Below are positions 26,788-36,217 of a stretch of DNA of 64,000 bases, piece after piece. How positions within the stretch are numbered: position 1 is the first letter of the stretch; the number at the start of each line of letters is the position of its first letter. The notes beneath the pieces were generated by a model that searched no databases, was not told where the DNA came from, and saw only the letters and a list, made by a program, of their open reading frames with translations. The stretch lies in contig CBDFIJ010000004.1 of assembly GCA_965248055.1 (NCBI GenBank), forward strand, positions 448,001-512,000, in the 5' to 3' direction. Made by a program: the position numbers and the translations under genes. The DNA comes from Candidatus Multivoradales bacterium. Lineage in GTDB: Bacteria; Acidobacteriota; Thermoanaerobaculia; Multivoradales; JAHEKO01.

Positions 26788-28654
26788 GAACGGTCTCTCC
26801 AATGATCTCAAGGACCTTGTTGACAATCTCACTGCGGAAGAAAGGCTTCCCCTGGACCTTAGGGAAGGAAATTACCGGTTTCAGATAGGTCGCCTTCAAG
26901 AGTAGCGATAACTGCCCCATGTTGATCTCCGGCACAATCACCTTGGGATAGCGCTCAAGGATTTCGCCGAGATTTCTGGGGAATGGATTAAGGTGGCGTA
27001 AGTGTGCCCGCGCCACCGGCACGCCGTCACTGACCAATTGGTTAGTCGCCCCGGTGATCGCACCCAACGTCGACCCCCAACCGAGGATCAAAACCTCGCT
27101 CTCTGGGTCGCCGTGGACTTCCAACTCCGGAATATCGTTGGCGATCCGCGCCACCTTTTCCGCCCGCAGATCGGTCATCCGCTGATGATTATCTGGGTCG
27201 TAGGAAACGTTGCCGGTCCCGTCTTGCTTCTCAAGACCGCCGATGCGGTGCTCCAGTCCCGGAGTCCCCGGAATCGCCCAGGGTCGAGCCAGTGTCTCTT
27301 CATCGCGACGGTAGGCCATAAAGTCGTCCGTGGTTTCCGCAAAGTCCGGTGAAAATCGTGGCAAGCTGTCGAGATCGGGCAAGCGCCAGGGTTCAGAACC
27401 GTTGGCCAAGTAACCATCCGACATCAACATCACCGGCACTCGATAGCGCACGGCGATGCGGCAAGCCTCAATCGCCGCGTCAAAACAATCCCCCGGTGTC
27501 GAGGCCGAGACAATCGGCATCGGAGACTCTCCATTGCGGCCAAACATCGCCTGCAAAAGGTCACCCTGCTCTGTGGAGGTCGGCATTCCGGTCGAAGGGC
27601 CGGCACGTTGGACGTCCACCACCACCAACGGTAGCTCGGTCATGATCGCCAAGTTGATCGCTTCGGATTTGAGAGCCAAGCCAGGACCACTGGTGGTAGT
27701 CACCGCCAGTGCTCCACCGAAAGCGGCACCGATCGAAGAACAAACGGCGGCGATCTCATCCTCCGCTTGAAACGTCGTCACCCGATGATTCTTGTAGGCG
27801 GCTAGCTGGTGCAAAATGTCGCTCGCCGGAGTAATCGGATAGGAACCCAAAAACACCGGGAGGTCGGACAACTGACCCGCAGCGGCCAGGCCTATTGACA
27901 GAGCTTGGTTGCCCATTACATTGCGATAGGTCCCCGGTTCCAGCTTGGCTGGAAGCACTTCATAGCGGACCTGAAAGACGCCGGTAATATCGCAGAAGTT
28001 CCACCCGGCTTTCAGCGCTTTGATGTTGGCCTCAGCAATCTCCGGCTTGCGTGCGAACTTCTTGGTCGCCCACTCGATTGAGTTCTCCAGCGTCCGATTG
28101 AACATCCAATAGACCATGCCCAGAGCAAAGAAATTCTTGCAGCGGTCTTGACTCTTTAGGTCCAGGCCGGAGTCCTCAAGAGTGCGCCGAGTCATGGTCG
28201 TGATATCAGCGGTGTACACCCGATAGCCGTCCACCGAACCGTCTTCCAGCGGATCACTCTCGTAACCCGCTTTCTTCAAGTTGCGATCAGAAAACTCGTC
28301 AGTGTTGGCGATCAAAATACCGTTCTGCTTAAGGTCGGCCAGGCTCTTCTTGAGTGCCGCCGGATTCATCGCCACTAATACGTCGGGGGCATCTCCAGGG
28401 GTGTGAATGTCGAATTCGGCGATCCGCACTTGAAACGCGGAGACTCCCGCCAAGGTCCCCTGTGGGGCCCGAATCTCCGCCGGAAACTCCGGAAGAGTGG
28501 CCAAGTCATTGCCGACGATGGCAGAAGTTCGGGTGAACTGGTTGCCGGTCAACTGCATCCCATCGCCGGAGTCTCCGGCGAAGCGAATGACTACATCTTT
28601 AACGTTCTCAGTCGGGCTTTGATTCGTCACCGACTCAGGTTCACCTACGGTCAT
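26777..28654 (-). CDS. korA: 2-oxoacid:acceptor oxidoreductase alpha subunit (gamma-alpha fusion)
   Basis: FAGDSGDGMQ, PAEIRAP, YPITPAS, QAEDEIAA, TSGPG, QRAGPSTG. Confidence 0.93.
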   Translation of the reverse strand: MTVGEPESVTNQSPTENVKDVVIRFAGDSGDGMQLTGNQFTRTSAIVGNDLATLPEFPAEIRAPQGTLAGVSAFQVRIAEFDIHTPGDAPDVLVAMNPAALKKSLADLKQNGILIANTDEFSDRNLKKAGYESDPLEDGSVDGYRVYTADITTMTRRTLEDSGLDLKSQDRCKNFFALGMVYWMFNRTLENSIEWATKKFARKPEIAEANIKALKAGWNFCDITGVFQVRYEVLPAKLEPGTYRNVMGNQALSIGLAAAGQLSDLPVFLGSYPITPASDILHQLAAYKNHRVTTFQAEDEIAAVCSSIGAAFGGALAVTTTSGPGLALKSEAINLAIMTELPLVVVDVQRAGPSTGMPTSTEQGDLLQAMFGRNGESPMPIVSASTPGDCFDAAIEACRIAVRYRVPVMLMSDGYLANGSEPWRLPDLDSLPRFSPDFAETTDDFMAYRRDEETLARPWAIPGTPGLEHRIGGLEKQDGTGNVSYDPDNHQRMTDLRAEKVARIANDIPELEVHGDPESEVLILGWGSTLGAITGATNQLVSDGVPVARAHLRHLNPFPRNLGEILERYPKVIVPEINMGQLSLLLKATYLKPVISFPKVQGKPFFRSEIVNKVLEIIGETVHVH

Positions 28655-28792
28655 GTTCGGTCAGCTCCTCAGGACAATGCGCTCATTGGATTCTTGTGTG
28701 GTTCGACTCTAGCGCAACCTCCATATGAGTTGTTTACTCTAGCAGTGCCCACCGTCGATGCAAGGTCAGATCTCTGGCCAAACAGTTGGCCG

Positions 28793-28824
28793 AAAAAAAG
28801 CGAGGGGCCGAAGCCCCTCGCTTT
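28793..28824 (-). terminator. Rho-independent terminator of the outer-membrane barrel gene
   Basis: Minus strand AAAGCGAGGGGC-TTCG-GCCCCTCGC-TTTTTTT. Confidence 0.9.
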
Positions 28825-28846
28825 GCAATTGATCTTTGAACTCGAG

Positions 28847-30421
28847 CTAGAAGTCGTACTTTAGACCGACACCGAGTATCAGCGGATCTACTCCCAGCTC
28901 AATATCGTCGTCTTCAAACTCTGCCTGCATCCAGCGCACACCTACATGGAAACCCCACTGAGGGCTGTTAGCAAACGGAATATCGAACCCTGTGAACAGG
29001 CCGACACCAAATTCGTTTCCACCCTCAATCGTCCCACTCAAGTCTTGGTCAGAAAAGAAACCGTCATGTAGGTTAAAGACACCGACAAACGGTTCTACAA
29101 ACCAATCAACTTTCGCTTCTGGTGTGAGATGAAATGTGGGGCCCAGGGTCAAGGCAAGAACCGACAGAGAATCGTCGTCCAGTGCCCAGACGGTGTTGGT
29201 ATCGAGCATTATTTCCGCATCGATTGCACCCACGATGGCGTTTCCGGCAATCCCGACACGGTCATTAACGTGATACTCCAAGCCAGCACCAACCCCCACA
29301 CCGCTGCTGGTATCCAGCGACACGCGGTTGACGTTTCCAGGTGTGGATAGATCAAAGGATTCACGGTTCGCCTGAGGACTGATCGATGCCAAGTAGGGGC
29401 GGAAAGTCCAACGCGCCTTGGCCTCAAAAGAAGCCTCGCAAGTAGCACTTTTGCCACTGTCATTGGTCGCTTCGCCCGCCGCCAAATACATACCTGGCGT
29501 CTTGACCTTCATCGGGCTGGTCGCGACAACTGACCCTGATGTCTCATGACTAACGTCCGTGATCGATAGGTTCTTATAACCATCGATGGAAACCTCAAAC
29601 TCCTCGCGGGTCCAGACCTCTGCCGGAGCGGTAATCTCACAGTAGGGGCAGCGTTCGAGGTCAACGGTCTTCTCACAAGAGTCCGTCTCGCCGGGCTCGG
29701 TCCGGGGCTCGCTAGCACCGACGTAAGCAAGGTTGGCGCACACCTTGGGGATGATGAACGTGTGCTGCGTGATGGTACGAGTACCGACGTTCTCCGCAGT
29801 CACGGAGAATGTGCGATCGATCATGGTGGCGTCTTCATAATCGCCTTCCCAGGCGGTAGCACCGGTAAACAACTCAGAACCGTCCATCGCAACCACCGCC
29901 AAATCGCTACTGCCGCTGGCATCGACGCTCAAGATCAAAGTCTCGCAATTGCCGTCAACCGCCAACTCACAAACCGCTTCAGCCGGAGGAGTCTCCACCA
30001 CTTCGTCGACCACTACGATGTAAGCGTCGTAGATCTCTTTACCCTGGTAGCACAACGGGCCACCGGAGATCGCCCGCTGGCGGCCTTGGTAGACCATCCA
30101 GTCAAGGACGTCACCACTGGCGACCTGTCCCTGGTGGACCTCTCCTGCCGCGATCGCTGCCATCAGATCCGCCGTCAGATGCGATAGACCGCGCTCAGCC
30201 ATGATCTCTTCCAGCTCCGCACTGCGTTCAGCAAGAACCGCAGCGAGTTCTTCAGGGTTATCCACCCCACCGCGATGAAACGCATTGCGACCGCCCATAC
30301 GACGAATCAGACTGGAGCCTGAAAAATCCTCGCACTCCTGCGCTACAGTGACCGTTGGCATCCAGATGGACGCAATCGCAACCGCGCAAACTACAAACCA
30401 AACGCGCTTGTTCCAACTCAT
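28847..30421 (-). CDS. Secreted protein: Cys-containing passenger plus C-terminal OmpW-like beta-barrel
   Basis: GGAGG RBS before ATG 30421, signal peptide, Cys-containing beta-rich middle, barrel strands ending in LGVGLKYDF. Confidence 0.75.
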   Translation of the reverse strand: MSWNKRVWFVVCAVAIASIWMPTVTVAQECEDFSGSSLIRRMGGRNAFHRGGVDNPEELAAVLAERSAELEEIMAERGLSHLTADLMAAIAAGEVHQGQVASGDVLDWMVYQGRQRAISGGPLCYQGKEIYDAYIVVVDEVVETPPAEAVCELAVDGNCETLILSVDASGSSDLAVVAMDGSELFTGATAWEGDYEDATMIDRTFSVTAENVGTRTITQHTFIIPKVCANLAYVGASEPRTEPGETDSCEKTVDLERCPYCEITAPAEVWTREEFEVSIDGYKNLSITDVSHETSGSVVATSPMKVKTPGMYLAAGEATNDSGKSATCEASFEAKARWTFRPYLASISPQANRESFDLSTPGNVNRVSLDTSSGVGVGAGLEYHVNDRVGIAGNAIVGAIDAEIMLDTNTVWALDDDSLSVLALTLGPTFHLTPEAKVDWFVEPFVGVFNLHDGFFSDQDLSGTIEGGNEFGVGLFTGFDIPFANSPQWGFHVGVRWMQAEFEDDDIELGVDPLILGVGLKYDF

Positions 30422-30555
30422 AACCCAATCCTCCGTGGTCATCTTTGTTTCAGTTGACCGTTGTTGCATAACTTCCCTCGCTGCTTCTGACCGTTGGCGA
30501 CGGCCGTAAACCTGAGAAAACGCTTAGACTTGCCGCTAAGTGCCACCGTCCAGAG

Positions 30556-30572
30556 AGCATATTGTATGCCAA
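30556..30572 (-). promoter_or_regulatory. Putative sigma54 (-24/-12) promoter
   Basis: Minus strand TTGGCATACAATATGCT has exact GG-N10-GC spacing, ~135 nt upstream of the start. Confidence 0.55.
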
Positions 30573-30710
30573 CGTCAGCAAAATGTGTGTGACCAGGGCC
30601 TCCATTTTCGAGATTTCCAGTCCCAACGGCAGGACTTGTAGAGGACCGCTCGCGCAGCAGCACGTTTGGGCCTCCAGATACGCGCTAGACTGCAGCCAAG
30701 GGAACGAACT

Positions 30711-31004
30711 GTGGAACAACAAAACGGGATTCAACTCACCCAGCAAGCCATCGATCAAGCTCGGGAGCTAAATAATTCCGGTAATTTTATCCGAGTGGCG
30801 TTTGCCGGTGGCTGCGGTGCATTTGGCCATCGCATCTCGCAGACCAGGCGTTCCTATCCTGGAGATGAAGTCGGCTATGCCAGCAGCCAGATCTCGGTTC
30901 TCTTAGACCGCCGCGCGGCCAGCGAACTGGCAGGCAGTACCCTCGACTATGAGCCCGAAGAAGGATTTGTTCTTGACCACCCGCTCACCGGGCGCACCTG
31001 TTAG
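30711..31004 (+). CDS. HesB/IscA-like (A-type carrier fold) small protein
   Basis: IQLTQQAI, IRVAFAGGCG, DEV, VLLD...LAGSTLDY...GFVLDHP; GTG start after AAGGGA. Confidence 0.65.
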   Translation: MEQQNGIQLTQQAIDQARELNNSGNFIRVAFAGGCGAFGHRISQTRRSYPGDEVGYASSQISVLLDRRAASELAGSTLDYEPEEGFVLDHPLTGRTC

Positions 31005-31121
31005 GCGACCCAAATATAGCGTGCAACACATTGCCCCGCCTTTGCGTAGTGAGAACAAGGCGGAGCCAGACAACGCTGAATACCCGATAGCCCGCTAGCC
31101 AGACAATTCAAAAGAAAGTCG

Positions 31122-33080
31122 ATGCCCGAACTCAGCTCCGTCGTATCCCCTCCCCCAGGCAACAAACGCCAGGGCTGGGTCGGCGCGTTCGCCATCATTG
31201 CTCTGTTCGCAGCGCTGATCTGGTTGGGATGGAGCGGTTTTACCGCCCTCATCGCGATCCCGGCGAAGCTGGCAACCTTCGGACTCGCGGCAACCGTTTT
31301 TGCTGCCATCACGATCGCCGGGTTTCGCCGATTTATTTACCGCATCGGGCGGCGTTTGATGGTCTCCTATTTTCTGGTTGGCATCGTTCCGATTCCTTTG
31401 CTGGCCTTGCTCTTGCTGTTGGGCGCCTACCAACTCAATGGTTTTTTTGTCGGACATCTCTACCGCGACGCTCTGCGGGCAACCCACGAGCAACTGCAGC
31501 GTGAGGCAGAAACCGCAATCGATGGCGGCAAGGTCTCCAAGTCTGTAGCGGCTGCGGTTTATCGCAATAGCGTCAGGGTTTCTGGGAGTTCGGAACTACC
31601 TCGCAAGTGGCCCGCATGGATCGCAGAGAAGGGAAATATCCCTTTCGTCACTGCCTCCGATCTCGGTCCGACGATTGCGGCACTGTCGGGAGACAAGGAT
31701 CACGGGGCGATCGCGGTGTGGGCTGGAAATCTGCCCAAGGAGTTGTCCACTCGCAGTGGGGTCTGGATTTCCTTGCTCCGCAGCGACCAAGCTGCCACTG
31801 AAAACAGCGGACGCACGGTCCTGACCATCGGCAGCTACTCCTTTCCACTGCGCACTTCCGGGTACCAGAAATTCCATCAAACACGCCAAGACTTCTTCAA
31901 TTCGGGTGCCGAAGATAGCCCCGGAATCCTGCGCCGCCCCTTCTTGTGGTGGGGTGAACTCGGCGGACCGCTCTACGACCTCGCCTCCGGGGATCAGGTT
32001 TCCGATCAAGTGGCAGCCGGACTCAACGCCAATCTGAAAACCAGTTTCGAACGTTTCTTTTCCTCATCCGCAGAGATCGATACAACCGCATGGCTGGAAC
32101 TTACCGCTGCGCTAGTCGTCGGTTCCGCGGTTTATGCAATCGCGGTATTTATCGCCGGCACGTTGGTGTTTGGAGTCTCGCGCGCGGTGAACCGACTGAG
32201 CCACGCCACCAACGCTCTACGCCAAGGCGACTTCTCGGCGCGCATTCCGGTGCGGCGCAAAGATCAAATCGGTGACCTGCAGCGTTCCTTCAATGCCATG
32301 GCGGCCGATCTGGAAAACTTGGTGGCAACTGCGGCACAAAAAGAGGCCCTCGACAGCGAGTTGGAGGTAGCGCGCGATCTGCAGCAGAGCCTGCTACCAG
32401 CCTCGCTACCCAGCGGTGATCAAGTCGAATTCTCGACTTTGTTCGAACCCAGCGCGGCGATCGGCGGAGATTTTTTTGACGTCGTTCGACTAGACGAAAC
32501 CCGGCTGGCAGTGGTGGTGGCCGACGTCGCCGGTCACGGCCTGCCGACTGGACTTCGCATGGCGATGTTCAAAGCCGCGCTGGAGATCCTGATCGCTGAC
32601 CGCAAGCCAATCGAGACCATCCTGACTAGGTTGTCGTCGATGATCCGGGGTGCCAGCGGGCGCAGGTATTTCGTCACCGCGGCCATTTCGATCATTGATC
32701 TAAAGAAAGAAACCCTTTCGGTGACCAACGCTGGTCACCCACCGGTCTACCGAAAGCGTGGCGATCAGGTGACCGAAGTGCTGATCCCCGGAACCGCACT
32801 GGGCACCTTGGACGACAACTACGGACGTAAAGACGTCGGTCTTGCACCCGGGGACTTTGTGGTTTGGATGTCGGATGGGCTGATCGAGGCCACCGGACCG
32901 AGCGGAGACGTCTTCGGTTATGACCGAATCATGGAAGCCTTGGCCAAACCGGCGGAGACCGCTGCGATGGTGCAAAGCAACCTGTTGTCAACGCTTCGCG
33001 ACTTCACCCAAGACGACCCTGCCGAAGACGATCGCACCCTGGTGGTGATGCGCTACCGGACCACTACCACCGTCGTCTAA
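31122..33080 (+). CDS. Membrane PP2C/SpoIIE (RsbU-like) phosphatase with HAMP domain
   Basis: HAMP DQIGDL...FN.M; ARDLQQSLLP, IGGDFFD, ADVAGHG, NAGHPP, SDGLIE, DDRT. Confidence 0.93.
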   Translation: MPELSSVVSPPPGNKRQGWVGAFAIIALFAALIWLGWSGFTALIAIPAKLATFGLAATVFAAITIAGFRRFIYRIGRRLMVSYFLVGIVPIPLLALLLLLGAYQLNGFFVGHLYRDALRATHEQLQREAETAIDGGKVSKSVAAAVYRNSVRVSGSSELPRKWPAWIAEKGNIPFVTASDLGPTIAALSGDKDHGAIAVWAGNLPKELSTRSGVWISLLRSDQAATENSGRTVLTIGSYSFPLRTSGYQKFHQTRQDFFNSGAEDSPGILRRPFLWWGELGGPLYDLASGDQVSDQVAAGLNANLKTSFERFFSSSAEIDTTAWLELTAALVVGSAVYAIAVFIAGTLVFGVSRAVNRLSHATNALRQGDFSARIPVRRKDQIGDLQRSFNAMAADLENLVATAAQKEALDSELEVARDLQQSLLPASLPSGDQVEFSTLFEPSAAIGGDFFDVVRLDETRLAVVVADVAGHGLPTGLRMAMFKAALEILIADRKPIETILTRLSSMIRGASGRRYFVTAAISIIDLKKETLSVTNAGHPPVYRKRGDQVTEVLIPGTALGTLDDNYGRKDVGLAPGDFVVWMSDGLIEATGPSGDVFGYDRIMEALAKPAETAAMVQSNLLSTLRDFTQDDPAEDDRTLVVMRYRTTTTVV

Positions 33081-33094
33081 ACAGTATCGAGCCG

Positions 33095-33152
33095 CCCCAG
33101 GTCTGGATGCCCCATATCTGGAGGCCCAGACCTAGAAACCCAAAATCAGAAA
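33095..33152. repeat. Four degenerate 14-15-nt tandem units between convergent genes
   Basis: ccccaggtctggatg / ccccatatctggagg / cccagacctagaaa / cccaaaatcagaaa. Confidence 0.6.
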
Positions 33153-33153
33153 A

Positions 33154-33873
33154 CTAAGAGGGTTCTGGGTCGATTTCGAGATAAGAACGGATGCGCTCGA
33201 TGTAATCCCTGGTCTCGCGATACGGCGGTACCCCCTGATACCGATCCACCGTCGCTTCCCCGGCGTTGTAAGCAGCCAAGATCAGGTCGAGAGAACCACT
33301 GAATCGATCTTTGAGCCAGGCGATATAACGAACACCGGTTTCGATATTGGTTTCCGGGTCAAACAGGGCACTAGGCTTGGCGCCAAAACGAATCCCGGTC
33401 GCTGGCATTACCTGCATCAATCCCCTCGCCCCCTTCGGCGAGACCACCTGCGAGCGAAACGAAGACTCGACGCGCGCCATCGCCGCGATCAACTGTGGGT
33501 TGAGACCGTGACGAGCCGCCGCCTGCAACATCAAATCGCCAAACGGCACGTCGGGGGCAGTATCTTCTAGCCTGTGCTCAAGGCGGAAGCTGCCTCCCTT
33601 CCCAGGCTCCACCAGTTCGACAATCGGTTCTAGCTCGTCTTCAACAATACGCTCGACGCGAGTCAGCGACAGGTAGAGCGTGCCGCCCGAGGTCAAGCTG
33701 ACGCGCACTCTGCTGCCGATCACTTCAAATTCAGAGATCTTGAGGAATCCGCCACCCTCCAACACCAAGATCTCTGCCGACACGGGCAGCGCCGAGAGCG
33801 CCAGCGCCAAGCCAATCGCCATCGCCGCAGCAAACTTGATCCTGGCGAAACCAGCTTCAGGGAAATCAGTCAT
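33154..33873 (-). CDS. Lytic transglycosylase (SLT domain)
   Basis: VESSF, SPKGARGLMQVMP, AAYNAG, PPYRET. Confidence 0.93.
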   Translation of the reverse strand: MTDFPEAGFARIKFAAAMAIGLALALSALPVSAEILVLEGGGFLKISEFEVIGSRVRVSLTSGGTLYLSLTRVERIVEDELEPIVELVEPGKGGSFRLEHRLEDTAPDVPFGDLMLQAAARHGLNPQLIAAMARVESSFRSQVVSPKGARGLMQVMPATGIRFGAKPSALFDPETNIETGVRYIAWLKDRFSGSLDLILAAYNAGEATVDRYQGVPPYRETRDYIERIRSYLEIDPEPS

Positions 33874-34778
33874 GACTGTTCGGCTCGAGGATGGTGCAAG
33901 TCATAGAGGTCGCGGAGACGGCGTTGGTGGATGTGGGTGTAGATCTGGGTGGTCGAGATATCTGCGTGGCCCAACATCATCTGCACCGCTCGCAAGTCCG
34001 CGCCGTGCTCCAGCAGGTGGGTGGCAAAGCTATGGCGCAACAAATGGGGGTACACTTCGGGCACCCCAACCTTTTTGCCATAGCGTTTGAGGTTCTTCCA
34101 AAACCCCTGGCGGGTCAAGGAAGTGCCCAATCGGTTGAGAAAAACACACTCGGTGCGGGTTCTGATTAAGTCTGGCCGCACCTGATCGGTGTAACGTCGC
34201 AGCCAAGACTCAGCACGGTCGCCCACCGGGACCACCCTTTCCTTGGACCCCTTTCCGTAGGCGAGCAAAAACCCTGCATCGAGCCTCAGTTGAGCCAATT
34301 CCAGATCCACCAACTCGGAGACCCGTAGACCGCTGGCGTAGAGCAGTTCGATCATCGCCCGATCGCGGATACCCAAGGGTTTAGTGGTATCTGGAGCCGA
34401 TAGCAACTGCTCAACTTCCTGTTCTGAGAGCACCTTAGGCAAATGACGCCAGAGTCTCGCAGGAGAGAGATCGCGAGTCGGTTGATCTTGCCGCTCCCCC
34501 AGCTCAATCAAGTGGGCAAAAAAACCACGGATCACACTCAGGGCCCGGTTCACAGTACGGGGCGACAAGTTACGACGGCGCTGCGAACGAAAATAGTCGG
34601 AGAGCTCAGCGGCGGTCGCGCGGTGCAACTCCACTTGGCGCTGGTGCAGCCAACTGCCAATCGCGACTAGGTCACGGCGGTAGGCATCTACCGTTCTCTC
34701 GCTCAGACCGCGCTCCAGCAATAGTGATTCAAGATAGCGGTCCACCGGGCGGCGCCATTCTTGTCGACCTTCGGTCAT
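33870..34778 (-). CDS. xerD: Tyrosine recombinase XerD
   Basis: [59 protein letters not shown]. Confidence 0.93.
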   Translation of the reverse strand: MTEGRQEWRRPVDRYLESLLLERGLSERTVDAYRRDLVAIGSWLHQRQVELHRATAAELSDYFRSQRRRNLSPRTVNRALSVIRGFFAHLIELGERQDQPTRDLSPARLWRHLPKVLSEQEVEQLLSAPDTTKPLGIRDRAMIELLYASGLRVSELVDLELAQLRLDAGFLLAYGKGSKERVVPVGDRAESWLRRYTDQVRPDLIRTRTECVFLNRLGTSLTRQGFWKNLKRYGKKVGVPEVYPHLLRHSFATHLLEHGADLRAVQMMLGHADISTTQIYTHIHQRRLRDLYDLHHPRAEQS

Positions 34779-34791
34779 ACTGGATCCGCGA

Positions 34792-36036
34792 CTAGGAGGT
34801 GGATGGGCTGCCCTGGTGAGCTCGGCACAGAGCCATGATCTGATCGTCCTCCAATACCTTGCTGGAGGCCTTGGCCACCTGGAAGATGGCATTGACCAAT
34901 TCTTCTGCCGGTTCAATACCGCGATCGGACAGCCAACAGACAACATTAGACTCGCCGCTCATCGGTCCAACATCCACTGCTTGCCGGCGCCCAACATAGC
35001 TGGCTGGGACCCCGGAATAGACCAGATCGGCGAGCCACTCGTCGCCTTTGGCGCGCGCTTTGACGATCGCCGCCGCGTGTACCCCAGTCGCGGTGCGAAA
35101 GGCGTCTCGACCGATCACCGGGTAGTTGTCCTGTAGCGGTACCTGGGTGGTCTCGGCGACCAACTCACAATAGTCCGGCAGTGCTGACAAGTCATTGTCG
35201 ATCCAGCCGAGCAATTTCATATTGACCATCACCAAATCAATCGGCGTATTGCCACTGCGCTCGCCAATGCCCAGCGCGGTGCCGTGAATGCGGTCGGCTC
35301 CGGCTTCCACTGCAGCCAAGGTATTGATAACCGACATGCCGCGATCTTTGTGCCCGTGCCAATCGACCGCCACCTCTTCGCCGGTCGCGTCCACGACCTG
35401 GCGAATAAACCGCACCACGCTGGCGGCTCCGTCAGGGGTGGCGTGGCCCACCGTGTCGGAAATGCAAACTCTCCGAGCTCCAGCCTCGACCGCAGCGGTA
35501 TAGAGCTGTTTCAGATCTTCAGGAGCCGCTCGGGTGGTGTCTTCGGTGACATACATCACCGGCAGCCCTTCGCTGACCGCGTATTCCACCGCCTCCGCAC
35601 TCAACCGCAGCAGGCGTGCCAAATCCCAACCCTCGGTGTACTGGCGAACCGGGCTGGAGCCGATAAAACAGGCGACTTCAATCTGGATTCCTGATTTCTG
35701 GGAAATCTCGACAATCGGCTCGATGTCCTGGCGCATCGTGCGAGCGGCACAGTTGGCACTCAACTGCAGCCCTTGCTCGGCGATCTCCTGGGCCAAGCGC
35801 AGCACGTCGGAGACCACGTGAGGACCCGCTCCTGGCAGGCCTATATCTGCGGCGTCCATCCCTAACTCTTCCATGTAGTGCAACATCCGCAGCTTGTCGT
35901 CGATCGATGGAACGGTGACCGATGGAGATTGCAGCCCATCGCGCAAGGTCTCGTCGTTGAGTTCGACCCGACCGCGTGCCGGTTGCGGCACTCGGTCCGC
36001 CGTGTTCCAGTCGTAGATTAGCTCCGCCTCACGCAT
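34792..36036 (-). CDS. LeuA-family (DRE-TIM) acetyl-CoA:2-oxoacid synthase lacking the C-terminal regulatory domain
   Basis: DETLRDGLQ, EDTTRA, SDTVG, HGHKD, GIGERSGN, GVHAAA. Confidence 0.85.
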   Translation of the reverse strand: MREAELIYDWNTADRVPQPARGRVELNDETLRDGLQSPSVTVPSIDDKLRMLHYMEELGMDAADIGLPGAGPHVVSDVLRLAQEIAEQGLQLSANCAARTMRQDIEPIVEISQKSGIQIEVACFIGSSPVRQYTEGWDLARLLRLSAEAVEYAVSEGLPVMYVTEDTTRAAPEDLKQLYTAAVEAGARRVCISDTVGHATPDGAASVVRFIRQVVDATGEEVAVDWHGHKDRGMSVINTLAAVEAGADRIHGTALGIGERSGNTPIDLVMVNMKLLGWIDNDLSALPDYCELVAETTQVPLQDNYPVIGRDAFRTATGVHAAAIVKARAKGDEWLADLVYSGVPASYVGRRQAVDVGPMSGESNVVCWLSDRGIEPAEELVNAIFQVAKASSKVLEDDQIMALCRAHQGSPSTS

Positions 36037-36217
36037 ACAACCACCAATTATAAGCCTGCGCATCAACATCTTGGCTCGTATTGCCAAATACGGTGTGACA
36101 GACATCCGGTGGGTCAGTTTTCCAATGGACTACAATCCAGACCAGCTTTTCAACGGGCCGTTGGTGGCCCCAAAATAGCGAGCCACTGCTCGAACGCGAA
36201 GGAACCAAGGAGGAACA

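Noticed and set aside
30529-30546. TGGCAC-containing sigma54-like site on the minus strand
   Set aside because: GG-to-GC spacing is 9, not 10; the 30556-30572 site fits better.
31002-31004. Stop-codon readthrough (Sec/Pyl) in the HesB-like gene
   Set aside because: The stop is TAG rather than TGA and the downstream codons do not restore a CxCGxSF motif.
33095-33152. Possible mini-CRISPR (also 6844-6890)
   Set aside because: Units are at most 15 nt, degenerate and lack spacers; no cas genes.
33870-34778. Tyrosine recombinase as a prophage or island integrase
   Set aside because: Has XerD signatures (TRQGFW) and housekeeping context; no att sites or phage genes seen.
36071-36087. TTGGC-N7-GCCAA palindrome in the divergent leuA-like/protease spacer
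   Set aside because: Only 5-bp arms and a single instance; cannot be distinguished from chance.
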